Part shown: piece by piece, positions 1 through 15,139 of the stretch
Numbering within the stretch: the stretch's first letter is position 1
Layout: the number at the start of each line of letters is the position of its first letter
From: Eledone cirrhosa
Lineage: Eukaryota
Assembly: GCA_964016885.1 (NCBI GenBank)
Contig: OZ024740.1
Span: 277,698,001-277,762,000, forward strand
Direction of reading: 5' to 3'
Length of the DNA: 64,000 nucleotides
Made by a program: the position numbers and the translations under genes
Notes under the pieces: generated by a model
Databases searched by the model: none
What the model was told of the DNA's origin: nothing
The model's input: only the letters and a program-made list of their open reading frames with translations

Positions 1-876
<876 letters not shown>

Positions 877-880
877 TGAA

Positions 881-991
881 GGCGCATGGCTTAGTGGTTA
901 GAGCATTGGGCTTGCAATTGAGAGGTTGTGAGTTCGATTCTCGGACCGGGTGATGCGTTGTGTCCTTGAGCAAGACACTTTATTTCACGTT
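881..991 (+). mobile_element. tRNA-derived SINE 5' half with CORE-like body (family S1)
   Basis: A box TGGCTTAGTGG, B box GAGTTCGATTC, then TGTGTCCTTGAGCAAGACACTT; relatives at 33907-34238 and 63323-63688. Confidence 0.85.
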
Positions 992-1089
992 ATATATATA
1001 TATATATATATATACAAAGAAAATACAGAGTTACTAACTCATATTGATACTCTGCAATTAACAAGCTCAAAGTATAAATACTGACCATT

Positions 1090-1190
1090 CGAGGTTAACT
1101 TTGCCTTTCATCCTTACGGGGTCGATAAAATAAAATAGCAGTAATACACTGGAATAATTGCTGGCTTTGTGCCAAAAAGGAGAAACAATT
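1090..1190 (+). mobile_element. SINE 3' fragment (family S2)
   Basis: CTTTCATCCTTACGGGGTCGATAAAATAAA...GAAACAATTAT shared with 6527-6710, 8153-8340 and 42784-42950. Confidence 0.8.
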
Positions 1191-1342
1191 ATATAATAAT
1201 ATATGTAGAAATAAACACAGTAAATTGTGTGTCTAAAATTACGAGGGTTGAAATACATCGGTTTGATAAATTTCACCTGAAGCAAATGGAAGATATAGAA
1301 TATATATACAGACCGTCTCAATAACTATTTCATCTCTCGGAC

Positions 1343-1695
1343 AGATTAAAGATTTAATCTGTTTCGCCCTGAAAATTGTGTTTGTGTTTGTAACAGATAA
1401 TCCGTAGGCGAGAAATAAGATCAAATGGAACAAACACATACAAGTGGTGTGAGTGGATATGCTAAAAATAATAGCCTTAACACACCCAAATTATAAGCTC
1501 ACCTTGTTATGCTAGTATTAAAGCTATTATTTTTAGCATATCCACTCACACCACTTCTAACGTCCAGCGCACGAGGTGAGATTTTCATTCGTGTGGCTTT
1601 CAGTTGTATGTGTTTGTTCCATTTGATCTTATCTCTCGCTGGATTATCTGTTACAAACACAATTTTCAGGGAGAAACAGATTAAATCTCTAATCT
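1343..1695. repeat. Diverged inverted repeat (1343-1480 / 1518-1695)
   Basis: Reverse-complement arms with indels; the right arm has about 45 extra nt. Confidence 0.85.
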
Positions 1696-1699
1696 AATA

Positions 1700-1872
1700 G
1701 TTTTTATATATTTTATACTTTTTTTATATATGTGTATATACGTATATGTCTATATATATGTATATGAGTGTGTGTGTATGTATTTTCTATATATGTACGT
1801 GTTTATGACAAGATGCATCCTTTCATGTCTGACCCATTGTGTATCTTTATATGACTTTGTGTATATTCTATT

Positions 1873-1918
<46 letters not shown>

Positions 1919-2377
1919 TATATATATATATATTTATTTATTTATGCGTGAGTGAGTGTGTATGTGAATATGCGCATATTTGTAAGAGTGTATATGAGCC
2001 AGTGTGTGTGTGTACAAGCACCCCTGTAGGGAAAGGGCTTATTTGTGTATATACATGTGTGTTTGTGAGCGAGTGTGTATCTGTGGGTGTATATATATGT
2101 ATATAGGTACCTGTGTGTATGTGTGTGTGTGTGTGTGGGGGGGGTCTACGTATATGTCTGTACGTGTTTGTGTGTACGGGTATATATACGCGTATGCATG
2201 TGTATGCACATGTGTGTGTGTATGTTGATGTATATGGGCATGTGGGCATGTGTCTGTGTATGTACGTGCCTCTCTGGATGCATGTATGCGTATGTTTATA
2301 TGTTTATATGTTCTCCTTAAATGTGCGTGTATAGCGGGAGTCTATGCGTAAGACTGTCGTTATCTATGTGATTATGT

Positions 2378-2454
<77 letters not shown>

Positions 2455-2470
2455 TGCGCGCGTGGATGTG
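1700..2470. repeat. Compound (TA)n/(TG)n low-complexity tract
   Basis: Direct inspection. Confidence 0.95.
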
Positions 2471-2844
2471 TGAACTACCAAACACAGCAGTAATTTATTG
2501 AAGTGTAGCAGACATGGGACAGACAACGCCATGATGCTCAGTGGACTGGTACCTGTGGTCAGAATTATGATGATGTAGACAACCAGCGGCCAATCACAGG
2601 GACGCGCGAAGAGGAAGTTTTGACGGTACTGGCAGATACCCCAGTGAGAGAATATGCACCGAAATCATTAGACGTGTCCGTCGAACCTGCGGGTCCAGAA
2701 TCAAACAGATCCACACAATGATCACGTCTCGAGCTGTCCGCCGTTCAGATGCATCACTGAATTTTCGTTTCCTATTATATATATATATATATATATATAG
2801 TGACGAAACATAAGTCAATTGCATGAACTCATAATCCTTTATTT

Positions 2845-2941
2845 ACTGGTATATATATTTCGATGATAGCCATTGAATGGCTATGAACCCATCAGGCAGT
2901 TAGTCAGTTCTTAGATATGCCAGCTCTGTGTTTATAATGGG

Positions 2942-2983
<42 letters not shown>

Positions 2984-3469
2984 TTTTGCGAGGTTTTTTA
3001 TATGAAATCGTGTGTCGAAACAAATATTGTTATACTTGGAGAGGGTCATATTTGTGTAATAATATTGCCAGAATTAATAACAGAACACACTCACTGTTTA
3101 GTTGGTGTTCGCTTCTGTGTTTTTTATATAGGTTAATTTAATTTATTCGGTCCTCAATGTTAACATTGACTGACTAACGGTCAAAAATACAGATACAATA
3201 TAGCACAAACACATATATATAGTCTATCAAAGTTCTTTCGTTGCACATCTGCAACATCGTCAGTGGTGCTATTATGTTTTCTCCCGTTGCATTCTATGCT
3301 TATTTATTTATTTGTTTATTTTTTTGTATCTCTGCGCATGCGTTTGCGTTGTGTATAGTGTTTTGTTTGATGTGTGTTCTTGTTTGGGTGACTGTGTATT
3401 GCTTAATGTATTCTGTATTAGTTTACTAGTGTGTGTTTATATGTGTTTGTTGTTATTGTGCTTGTATAT

Positions 3470-3512
<43 letters not shown>

Positions 3513-4665
3513 TACTTCTCTAAGTTCTATTTCACTGGCCTCTCTGATTTGCCTATCTGCTGGGTCATTTCTATGTTTAGATATTATTATAATTTCTATG
3601 TTGTCTATGTTACCCTTGTGTTGTTGTCTGGCATGTTCGTATAGTACTGAACCGTTTTTTCGTACTTTTAGTTACCCCCAGTGTTGGTCTATCCTTTCAC
3701 CTATGCTACGAGCTGTCTCGCCTATGTAAGTTGTTGTCATGTTTCTGCAAGTACCCTCTGTACATCTTATGCTATAGACTACGTTTCTAGTTTCACAGTT
3801 TATCCGGGGGTTTACTCTACATATGATACATGTTCTATTAGTACAGTGGGTTTTCTTAAAAGGGTAGGTTTTGCTGATCAGGGATTTTATGGTGGTTCCT
3901 GGCTTTTCTACCACCTTAATCTGGTATCTCTGGTTGTCGTACCATGAGGTGGCTTTCCCTATCTTATGTCTAGTCCTATCTATGCTATTCCATGATTTGC
4001 TCCTGTATAATGGGCAAATTCCTTTCATGTCCAGTTCTATGAGGGTCTTATACTTCTCCGTGGCTCCTTCGTATACTCTGACTCTGTCTCTTTGGTTGTA
4101 GCCAGAGAACTGCATGCGGTTGATGAAGTGTTGTATGTGTCTTTCCATTTCTGTTGGGTCGCACATGCGGGACACGTTCTTCATCACTCGTACCAAGTCT
4201 GCGATCAGAATATTAAAATTAGCACTACTGGACATTGCTGAGTTTTTGAGTATCAGGTATTTGGAGGCCATGCGTTTAGCATAGTGTGAGTGGAGGATTT
4301 GGGCTCTCTCGTCTATAGTGTTAATCCAGAGTTCCGTGTCTAATACAGGTAGTCTATTGTTAGGGTGTTTGGAAGGGTAGTCGATAGTTACAGTTATACT
4401 CTGGTGTATGGAATTAGCTATCTGCTGGATGCTTTCCATTGTGCTACGTTCTAAATCAAACTTGTTAGTGTTCTCTTGTGGGGATGCCCTTATTACTATA
4501 TTGATGTCGTCTACGTAACGAGAGTACATGATGAGGTCTATGGAGCTCTCATCAAGGAGATATTTGAGTCTCCTTTCCCACCATACAATAAAAAGGTTGG
4601 CAACGTCACCAGCTATGCTGACGCCAATGGCTGCTCCCTCACTTTGGGTGTAGATCTTCTCGTGG
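2845..4665 (-). mobile_element. 5'-truncated Penelope-like element (RT C-half, Cys linker, GIY-YIG N-part, pLTR)
   Basis: Frame extends upstream of ORF 3672..4529: YTQSEGAAIGVSIAGDVANLFIVWWE...YSRYVDD; CTNRTCIIC linker; VVYSIRC..YIGETARSIGER. Confidence 0.9.
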
Positions 4666-4804
4666 CAACATTGAGGACCGAATAAATTAAATTAACCGAT
4701 ATAAAAGACACAGAAGCGAAAACCAACCAAACAGGTGAGTGTGTTCTGTTATTAATTCTGGCAATATTATTACACAAATATGACCTACTCCAAGTATAAC
4801 AATA
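3025..4804. repeat. Inverted repeat arms 3025-3161 / 4667-4804 bracketing the PLE fragment
   Basis: About 137-bp reverse-complement match with a few substitutions. Confidence 0.9.
3236..3263 (-). ncRNA. Hammerhead core in PLE pLTR
   Basis: Minus strand CTGACGA-T-GTTGCA-gatg-TGCAAC-GAAA; a second decayed core lies at 2858-2895 (-). Confidence 0.6.
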
Positions 4805-5181
4805 TATATATATATACATATTCAGTATATATACATATAAAATATATATGTGTATATTATATTATATATATATATATATTACAGAGACTATGATAAAACT
4901 GCAATGATATGTATCTATTTCTGAATCTAGTCGTGAAATTATTGGGAGACTTTTTTAAAACTTACAAAATAAATATACATATAACTCATAGTCTTGTATA
5001 TTGCACCTGTGCAATTGAAGTTGAAATAATGGAATAGAATTACCCATGAAGGAGTTTAGCTAGCTAGGAAATGTTTTCGTAGCGTCGTTGACGCATGGTT
5101 TCGGAAATTCTATACATTGAAATATATTTCTTTTTCTGAGAGCCAAAAACAAAACAATTTTCTTTTTCTCCTCTGTTTCAG

Positions 5182-5226
5182 CTGTTCAAATTAAACCTTG
5201 CTGAGAACAACGAAGAGAGTAGGGAA
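5182..5226 (+). other. Candidate 45-nt host exon (LFKLNLAENNEESRE)
   Basis: Strong polypyrimidine tract + TTTCAG acceptor, GAA|GTATGA donor, length a multiple of 3, no stop in frame 0. Confidence 0.25.
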
Positions 5227-5506
5227 GTATGAGACACATTCCTTATTTGTCAATACGCGAAATCTAAAAATATATCAAATGAAATAATTATCTAAATAAA
5301 CAGTTAAATACGAAGATGCTTAAAATATGTATGTAGTTGAAATATTGATTGATTCTCGGTTTTGAATCGATCTCAAATTAATATCATTTTACACTTAACA
5401 TAAACCGACAATTCAAGGTGCATTATCTGATAAATTACATGTATATAAAAAATACATTTTTTTTACTTTACATGTGAATATGCCTGAATATTTATGTATT
5501 TGTATA

Positions 5507-5707
5507 TATGAAGTTGGGCTGGAAAGTTTATAGGCTTGGTAAGATACTTTTATAGACTGACCAAATGAGGTTTATCTTTCAACATAGTCCCTGGAAAGAA
5601 ACAATTCAGTTACTAATAAGTAGAGTTCAAATTACGAATGCAATATTTCATAGTTCTAGCATCATTCCATCATAAGCAACCTATGAACTTTTCAGCTTAC
5701 TCTCGTA
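5507..5707. mobile_element. Mariner/Tc1-like internally deleted relic (MITE)
   Basis: Imperfect TIRs tatgaagttgggctggaaagtttataggct / aacctatgaacttttcagcttactctcgta with TA ends. Confidence 0.55.
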
Positions 5708-6526
5708 TTTATAATTCTGTGTTGTTGTTGTGTTTATGTACGTGTGATGGAAGTCTACTGCGAAAATGAAAGTTAAACCCAACTGAAGACTGAGGAATTG
5801 CAGCTTTTACCACAGCTAATGTCTCTTCTCAGTTAAATGCAATCCAGAATTATAACAATCGCGTTTTATTACATTTGTCGCTCCAGATTACCAATGTAAA
5901 AACAACGTTTGTTACATAATTGGTACGTTTGTTAATGGGGTGAGGATATTTTATTAACATGAATTGATTCATGTAAATTTGTGTTACAAATGTTTCTAGT
6001 GATAGAAAATGTTCAGACTTTACTCTTCCTGTGTCATGTTTCATTCAATATTGCATGTTTAATGCATTTCTCTTCAAAATACTTGGGTGCATTAAATATA
6101 CCATTTTTCCCTGGTTCTCTATCAATTACATTTATTTCCATATAAATAGTACGGTTTTTTTTCAGATCAGTTTTAAAGCATTGTTTGTATCTTAACTTAG
6201 GTTTCTGAATTTAGTTTTCAAAAAATATAGTTCTCAACAAATTAGATTCTACTTCAGAACTCTATCATATCATTCATACCTTGTATACGGAGGCATATGT
6301 ATATACACAGAAACACGTATATAGGTATAAAGAACATGGTATGAATGACATTGTGGAAAGGATATATAAAGATATGACAAGGAGAGTCTCTGAGATAATT
6401 TTTGCAAAAAATGCCCGAACAGATTATTTACAAGTTGACTATAGAGCAATTATAATGAATATTTTCAATCATCAACTGTAAATGATATTTATGTTCATTC
6501 GAACATTATTACAATACAGATACAAA

Positions 6527-6710
6527 GGGCGGTGGATTGGCAGTATCGGTAGAGGGTCGGACGCCATGCTTTCCAGCATAGTTACGTCCCTTTACCATCT
6601 GAGTTCAAATCCCGCCGAGGTTGACTTTGCCTTTCATCCTTACGGGGTCGATAAAATAAAGTACCAGTAATGCACTGGTAATTGCTGGCCTTGTGCCTAA
6701 AGTAGAAACA
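6527..6710 (+). mobile_element. Full SINE S2 with 18-bp TSD
   Basis: tRNA-like head with B box GAGTTCAAATCC; TSD attattacaatacagata at 6505-6522 and 6711-6728. Confidence 0.9.
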
Positions 6711-7264
6711 ATTATTACAATACAGATAATTGAACGTACTGAGATTATTCTAAAATCAATTCCCTGTATTTATGTAGAATATCTCCAACACATCTCCATC
6801 TTGCTTAAAGCAAACTCATTTCATGAAAGAATATTCATTCAAATTTGAAATGTTAGGGTAACCATAATCCAGTGCTTCCGCTTCTTAGCTAGAGATAAAT
6901 TATACTGATTAATAGCCTGAAACGATGTCATGTATACATTATACACTGTGGAACGCAATATGTTAATATTGAATCATTTTTACCGATAGTAACTTTAATA
7001 CATATAATAGCTATAAATTACTGCTTCAAAAACATAAAACCACATTTTCTAACTTTTCTATTTAATAGTCTGGTCAGGTGATAGGAGTTGTGTTCTTAGC
7101 TTAAGATTGACATCATTGATGTTCTCTATTAACAGGTACAAGCTGAAGGCTACAGGAAAATATGGACTAGAAAAGAATTAAAAAGAATATAGTTTTGTTG
7201 AGTAAAGACTGGACGTTATCATTAGTGAGAGGTCTAGGGCTGTGCTTTGTCAGAATTATTAGAA

Positions 7265-7365
7265 CTGGGCAGTATTTGTTCCGGCTGTATACATTCTGAG
7301 TTCAAATCCGGTCAAGTTAAATTTTGCCTTTCATTTTTCCGGGGTCGGGATCAATAAAATTAATT
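7265..7365 (+). mobile_element. Degenerate SINE S2 fragment
   Basis: GAGTTCAAATCC...TTTGCCTTTCAT...GGGGTCG. Confidence 0.6.
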
Positions 7366-7439
7366 ACTGACCACTTAAGAACTGAGGTCGATATGATCGA
7401 CGTCCTGCTCCCACCAGATTGCTGACCAAGTTCCTAAAT

Positions 7440-7815
7440 AAGAAATCATTATTAGCGAGGGTTCTGGTAGTAGACAACAGATGTGTGACCAGGGGTGGAA
7501 TGAGGAGTAGTTGGTTGGATTTTAGTGACATTATGACGTGTATGGCTAGCTCTGATGGCCGGAAGCCATTGTAGAAGTGGACGAAAAGGCATTGTGAGGA
7601 GATACCACTCCTGTGGTTCAACGGCTGGAAATTGTCGATAAGCAAGCTGATGCAAATCAGCAGTGTGGCACAGTTTTATTGTATCAGAGCTCGTCAAATG
7701 GATTGTGTCCGTTATGCAAAGATAAAGCCATGTCACACATTTGTATCATGTTCATTTGCTGTGGGAATTATGTTATGTGTACATGTATCTCTGGAATACT
7801 CAACTGCTTACATGT
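7440..7815 (+). pseudogene. Possible decayed Mind bomb-like (MIB repeat / ankyrin / RING) fragment
   Basis: One stop-riddled frame reads GWNEE..DVYG..WPEAIV..GDTTPV..ADANQQCGTVLLYQSSSNG, then CPLCKDK..IMFICCGN..CTC..LNC; resemblance judged by eye only. Confidence 0.3.
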
Positions 7816-8152
7816 TAATTCAATGAGTTGGGTGTTAAATCGTTCGAACAACCGAATGCTCATCGACCAGCAAGACACAGAATCCATCATCATTATCATA
7901 CGTAATGCATATATGTATAAATTCCTTATCTTCTATAATGCCACCATATTGCTCTTTAACAGAATCCACTCAAATGCCAAGATTCAAATTAAGCCCCTAT
8001 CAGATGATAGCTACCTCTCTTCGCCCATTAATTACAGAGGGACAGGAAAGGGTCATGGAAATTTTAAACTCCGAAATAAATAAAACGAAATATATTAATT
8101 TAATCTAAGATGTCCTCATGTATTAAAATCTAAGTGTTGCAGTATTAATAAT

Positions 8153-8340
8153 TGTTTCTACTTTTGACTCAAGGCCAGCAATTATCCCAGTGTATTACTG
8201 GTACTTTATTTTATCGACCCCGTAAGGATGAAAGGCAAAGTTAACCTCGACGGGATTTGAACTCAGACCATAATGGGCCGTAACTCTTTGCTGCAAAGCA
8301 TGGCGTCCGACACTCTACCGATCCTGCCAATCCACCGCCC
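8153..8340 (-). mobile_element. Full SINE S2 with about 18-bp TSD
   Basis: Reverse complement of the 6527 copy; TSD tgttg(c/t)agtatta(a/c)taat at 8135-8152 and 8341-8358. Confidence 0.9.
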
Positions 8341-9068
8341 TGTTGTAGTATTACTAATATGTAGCAGCTATACGATTTTGGGCCCTACAAAGTAACAAAA
8401 TAATTTTAATTTGACGAATGATTGTCTCACAATTTTTGCAGAAGGTTTTAAATCGGAGGTATTTTTAGTCTATTTTTTTCTGTTTCTTCTTTCAAATATT
8501 TATTCTTAGAATTATTAATACAACATATATTGACTTTCAGGTTATGATCAAAGCCAAACATCTCGCTGCATAGTCGTTTACAAATGTCAGAATTTATTGT
8601 CTTTGAAATTTCACCAGCATCTACACAGAAACCATTTCAGATTTAACCACAGGCTTATTTCTACATATTTTACGTAATGTAGAGATATAGTGCATTTCGC
8701 TTTAAAATGTGTAATCTATCTCAGATGGATATCGAAGCCTGACCATCATGACAGTATTCAGATGTTCCTTTTCATTGTAATGTACCTTCTATAATTTCGT
8801 TCGTTTTCAATAGTGCCTACTGGACAATGAGGTGTCCAATTTTGCAAAATCTCCAGCTGTTTTATATCAATAGCATCATTGAATTTATTCAGAATCCAAG
8901 ATATTTGAGTGCTTGTCAGTCGTCTTCAATTTACTGCGCCACAAAGGTATTGTTCTCTTACGGTCACCTATGTAAAATTTTAGCTATGGAACGAAATACA
9001 CTACATAATCTATGATATGCGCATTTATATTATTTATAAATGATAATTTTCTGTTTAAACGGAATATG

Positions 9069-10248
<1,180 letters not shown>

Positions 10249-10273
10249 ATATGTATGTATGTATATATATATA

Positions 10274-10390
10274 GGCGGCCAATTTGCAAAATCATTAGAG
10301 CATCAGATAAAATGTTCTGAATTCAAATTCTGTTGAGATTAACTTTACGTTTCATCCTTTCAAGGTCGATAGGAAAAGTGCCAGTCCAGT
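10274..10390 (+). mobile_element. Highly degenerate SINE S2
   Basis: TTTCATCCTTTCAAGGTCGATA..AAGTGCCAGT. Confidence 0.55.
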
Positions 10391-10614
10391 CTCTTGCTCG
10401 ATTCTTCCTACTATATCCCTTTCTCTCTTCCTCTCAAGCACACAGTCGGTCTCTCTCACTCCTTCTCCTCCTCTCCATCTCTCCATCTCTCCCTCTCTCC
10501 CTCTCTGAAAGAAATTGGCTTTGACCTGACATGGAGAGAAATGGGCTCTGCTAAGTTTAAAATGTCCAAAGGATTGTTACGATGACGGCCCTAAAACTCC
10601 ATCAGGAGATACGC

Positions 10615-10660
<46 letters not shown>

Positions 10661-10661
<1 letters not shown>

Positions 10662-10931
10662 GGTGGCTGCCAACACGTTTTCGAGTACGGCCACTACTTT
10701 ATATCCATGTAGGAGAACCCCTACCGATGCGCTGAACGAGCGTGACTTTTTAGTCCAGCCAGCGACTTGAAAACTCTGGTACAAACACTACACCTGTGAC
10801 AATTATTGGCACATAGTGCTGGGCCCATGGCACCATGTGACAATAAGTAAAGAGAGATCTCCAGATATAAAGCAATGCCTGTGCCGTGAAGCCTTTATAG
10901 TGAGCAAAGGCACTACACAAAGCCAGTCCCA
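10661..10931 (-). mobile_element. Short bipartite RTE-derived element in (TACA)n
   Basis: 3' C2H2 remnant CSVCTRVFKSLAGLKSH plus tail GGCCGTACTCGAAAACG..GGCAGCCACCA, joined to an RTE 5'UTR-like piece; second copy at 56250-56543. Confidence 0.7.
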
Positions 10932-11019
10932 CATACATACATACATGCATACATACATACATACATACATACATACATACATACATACATACATACATAC
11001 ATACATACATACATACATA

Positions 11020-11587
11020 CACGATGGGATAGTTAGAACCGTCTGGAACGCACTTCGGAAAACAAAATTAACAACAAACGAGGAAGAATATATTGAGACA
11101 GATGGCACTAAGAAATACTGGTGGAACCTGAAAATATAAACTGCCAAATAAAAAAGCACAACCGGCCTGATATTGTTGTTTGGGACAACACATTGAAAAC
11201 GTGTTCTGTTGTGGAGATCAGCTGCCCACTTGATGTAAACGTTGTCAGAAAAATACATGAGAAGGAGGACGGAGGACATCTACGGACCATTGATGAGGAG
11301 TTTACAAATCCAGTATCCAAGAGACACCTTTAGCTTCATACCCATCCTTATTGGAGCTACGGGTTATATACCAACCCGCTTGGACCATGGTATGACTGAA
11401 CTTGGATTTGCGGACAAAGAGCGCAGCTCCCTAATTCAGTCTACAAATGGCTGCGAAAGATGGCACCTTCAAAATTTGCAAAACATTCTTGCGATTCAAG
11501 GGATGACAATTTCTTTTCTTGTACAACCTTGCCACCAGGAAGGGGGCCGGTAAAAAAAATATACTCGAAATTAAGAGAAAGAGATAA
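11020..11587 (+). mobile_element. R4/Dong-type LINE family A, 3' fragment (RLE domain)
   Basis: NRPDIVVWD..VVEISCP; near-identical to 36900-37457; (TACA)n on both sides. Confidence 0.9.
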
Positions 11588-12652
11588 CATACATACATAC
11601 ATACATACATTCAAACAGACAGACATACGAACAAAAACATACATACAAACACTCATACACACAACACACGAGCATATCCACGTGTGTGTGTGCATGTGTG
11701 TATGTGTGTGTGTAAGATAGCACTCAGTTCTCAATAGGGCAGCTACAGTACTTTTTCCCTGCTACATACATTGGGTTCAAATTCATCCGTATGCGCTATT
11801 ATCTGATATAAAGTCTTAGTGCAGTGTATTAAGATTTATTAAAGTTTTCCCAATACAGTCGTTTAGCAACAGCATAATATTATAGACAGATTATGTCTTC
11901 AAATTCATTCCATATTTTATAGTTTGCTTTTTTAGATGCTACTAATATACATCACTCTCAAAGTAGAAGAGATGAAAAGACTATAACAAGAAATACATAT
12001 TCAGTACTAAGACGACACCGAAATCGATTTTCCACAACCTCAAGTATGAAAGGCTTCAAATAATTACAATTTTGAAAAGGAATAAATATGTCACGATTCT
12101 TTATACATGTTTCACAATATCATAGGTTTGCTAATAAACTTGTAAACAAAACTGTTTATATTTATATAACCTTTTGTAAGTTTTTAAAAAAAAATTAATG
12201 CAGGTGTTGCTGTGTTTCAACATATTTTCAAGAATAAAAACTCACACAAGGTGTGACAAATTTTGCACCATTTAACAAGTTATTCTATGCATTTACATTA
12301 AATAACTGAATCACAGCTTTCAGTTGTTAACAAACATCGTACGTAAACAACATGTATACTTAACCGATTACTTGGACCTCTACAATGCGCTGAGAGTATA
12401 AAGTTAGTATAATGAATAATGTGCTCATGCGCGGGGATGCTATAAAAAGGTTCTTTTTCAGTCATTAAGGGTCTTCACCCTATGTTATAAGATATTTTAT
12501 AAAATATCCGTGAATGACCACATCATACTATATATTACCTTTATCTTCTCAGTGCATTGTAAAGGTTCGAGGTACGTTGTTTATGTATGATGTTTGTTTA
12601 AATTTAAAAGCTGTTATTCAGCTATGTAACTTAAGATGGCGAGATATGTCAC

Positions 12653-12727
12653 GCCCTCTTGGCTTAATGCTTAAAAGCGCCAAGCCAGCACCAGGGAAAT
12701 ATGGGGTTTGATTCCTCATAGCGGGCA
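12653..12727 (+). pseudogene. tRNA-like pseudogene or solo SINE head
   Basis: About 75 nt; acceptor-like stem GCCCTCT/AGCGGGC, A-box-like TGGCTTAATG, B-box-like GGTTTGATTCC, downstream T5; anticodon arm broken. Confidence 0.45.
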
Positions 12728-12808
12728 CGAGCAACTTCTTTTTCCGTTTTTAACTATCTTCGCCCTATTTTATCAGCTATTTTATAGTAACTTCGCACAT
12801 GAGTACAT

Positions 12809-12908
<100 letters not shown>

Positions 12909-12934
12909 ATGTAATAAACAACATAAGGCAATTA

Positions 12935-12994
12935 TTCCATTTACCAGTGGTTTCTTGAAAGCAAAAGGTTTTGCTTTCAATCCTCAGAACGGAA
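12935..12994 (-). ncRNA. Type I hammerhead ribozyme, complete
   Basis: ttccgtt-CTGAGGA-12-bp perfect stem II-GAAA-cca c tgg-TA-aatggaa. Confidence 0.8.
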
Positions 12995-13220
12995 AAAGCT
13001 GGTTTGTTTATTGAATTTGGATTACAAAACCAAAAATGCAATCTATATGAAAGTGAGGCTGGAGAAGGGAGAAGGAAAGGAAAAATAAAATAAAACTACG
13101 CATGCAAACACACACACAAAAAAAACCCCCAAAAGCATACTTACACACACATACATATATACATATATATATGTACGCATACATATATACATATACACAC
13201 ACGCACACACACACACACTG

Positions 13221-13293
<73 letters not shown>

Positions 13294-13324
13294 CACATAT
13301 CCACACGCATATATATATATGTAC

Positions 13325-13355
<31 letters not shown>

Positions 13356-14389
13356 TATACATATACACACATACACATACACACACATACACATGTGTGT
13401 GTACAAGCATACACATACACAAAAATAATGAATAAAACAATGAAACAGTTCCTTATATTAAACAAAAAAAGTTCATTATTTAACGATCGTTTCTAGGACA
13501 TATATGTGTTAGAATTGGCATGCATATTCAAAAGATCTATGTACAAAATTATACAAACTATCAAAGAGAATATACATACCATCACATATATATGCTGTCT
13601 TCAGAAATAATGAAGTATATTTATTGATAATAACAACAATTCAAAATTACAGGTCTGTTTGGGAACAGATTTTAAATAGACCAATGAAATACATAAAAAT
13701 TCATCAAGAAAATACAGTTAGGTGTGTGTATATATGTAAGTAACTTCGTTCACAGATATGCATAAAAATGTATGTTCACATGCATACGCATGTCGAAAAA
13801 GTGTATGTAAATATAAAAATTCAGGGCTAATGTCTCTGTATGTTTATAATCCACAGACAAAATATACATACATATACATATACATATACACACATATATA
13901 TACACATATACATACATTCATACACACACACGCATATACACATAAACACACACATACCTACGAACACACACCCACATATACACACACACACACACACACA
14001 TACGTATATATTATTATTATAACTATATGGATATTGAGGCGCACACATAAACACGGCCACACACACTTACATCTAGATGCAGAATTAAAAGGAGGTAAGG
14101 GAGTAAGTAATAAAGGAGGGTGTCAGACTCAGCATATTTATAAAAATGTATCTATAAATTTAGAAATAAAAAGAAAAGAAATATAATAAAAACATAAAAA
14201 AACATAAAAGAGAGACATAAAATATACATGCTTATATACATACGCACATTTACACATCCATACGTTCGATACATACATACGTACACACACACACATACAC
14301 ATACTTAACCTCACGCATATTAACCTGTTTGTATGCATATACATAAAAAACAAGTAAAACATATATTCATACATATAAATACACACCGA

Positions 14390-14424
<35 letters not shown>

Positions 14425-14511
14425 TTATATATACATATATATATATATATATATACACATACGCACAACACACATATATACATATATGTACACACACATA
14501 CACACATACAT

Positions 14512-14556
<45 letters not shown>

Positions 14557-14710
14557 CACACATATATATACACACATATATATACACACACACACACATA
14601 CATATACGTATATATACATACACACACATATCCATGTATATATACACACAACCACACACTCACAAACACTCAGACATACATAAATATAGAGACATACATA
14701 CACACACATA

Positions 14711-14797
<87 letters not shown>

Positions 14798-14893
14798 AAA
14801 AATAAATACACACAGCCAGACAATTATGCACATATATACACATACATACATACATCTCTACAAATACATATACATAGACATACATACATACAC

Positions 14894-14985
<92 letters not shown>

Positions 14986-15139
14986 TCATACACACTTATT
15001 TACATGCGCACATATGTATTTTTATACTCACATACAAACACACAAACATACATACATACTTACATACACATACATACATCCACGCTTACAAATACGAATA
15101 ATTATGGGGGGGGGGATTACAATTATTAGTGGGAAATAG

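Noticed and set aside
881-960. Functional tRNA genes at SINE heads
   Set aside because: A/B boxes run into SINE bodies and the cloverleaf is not intact
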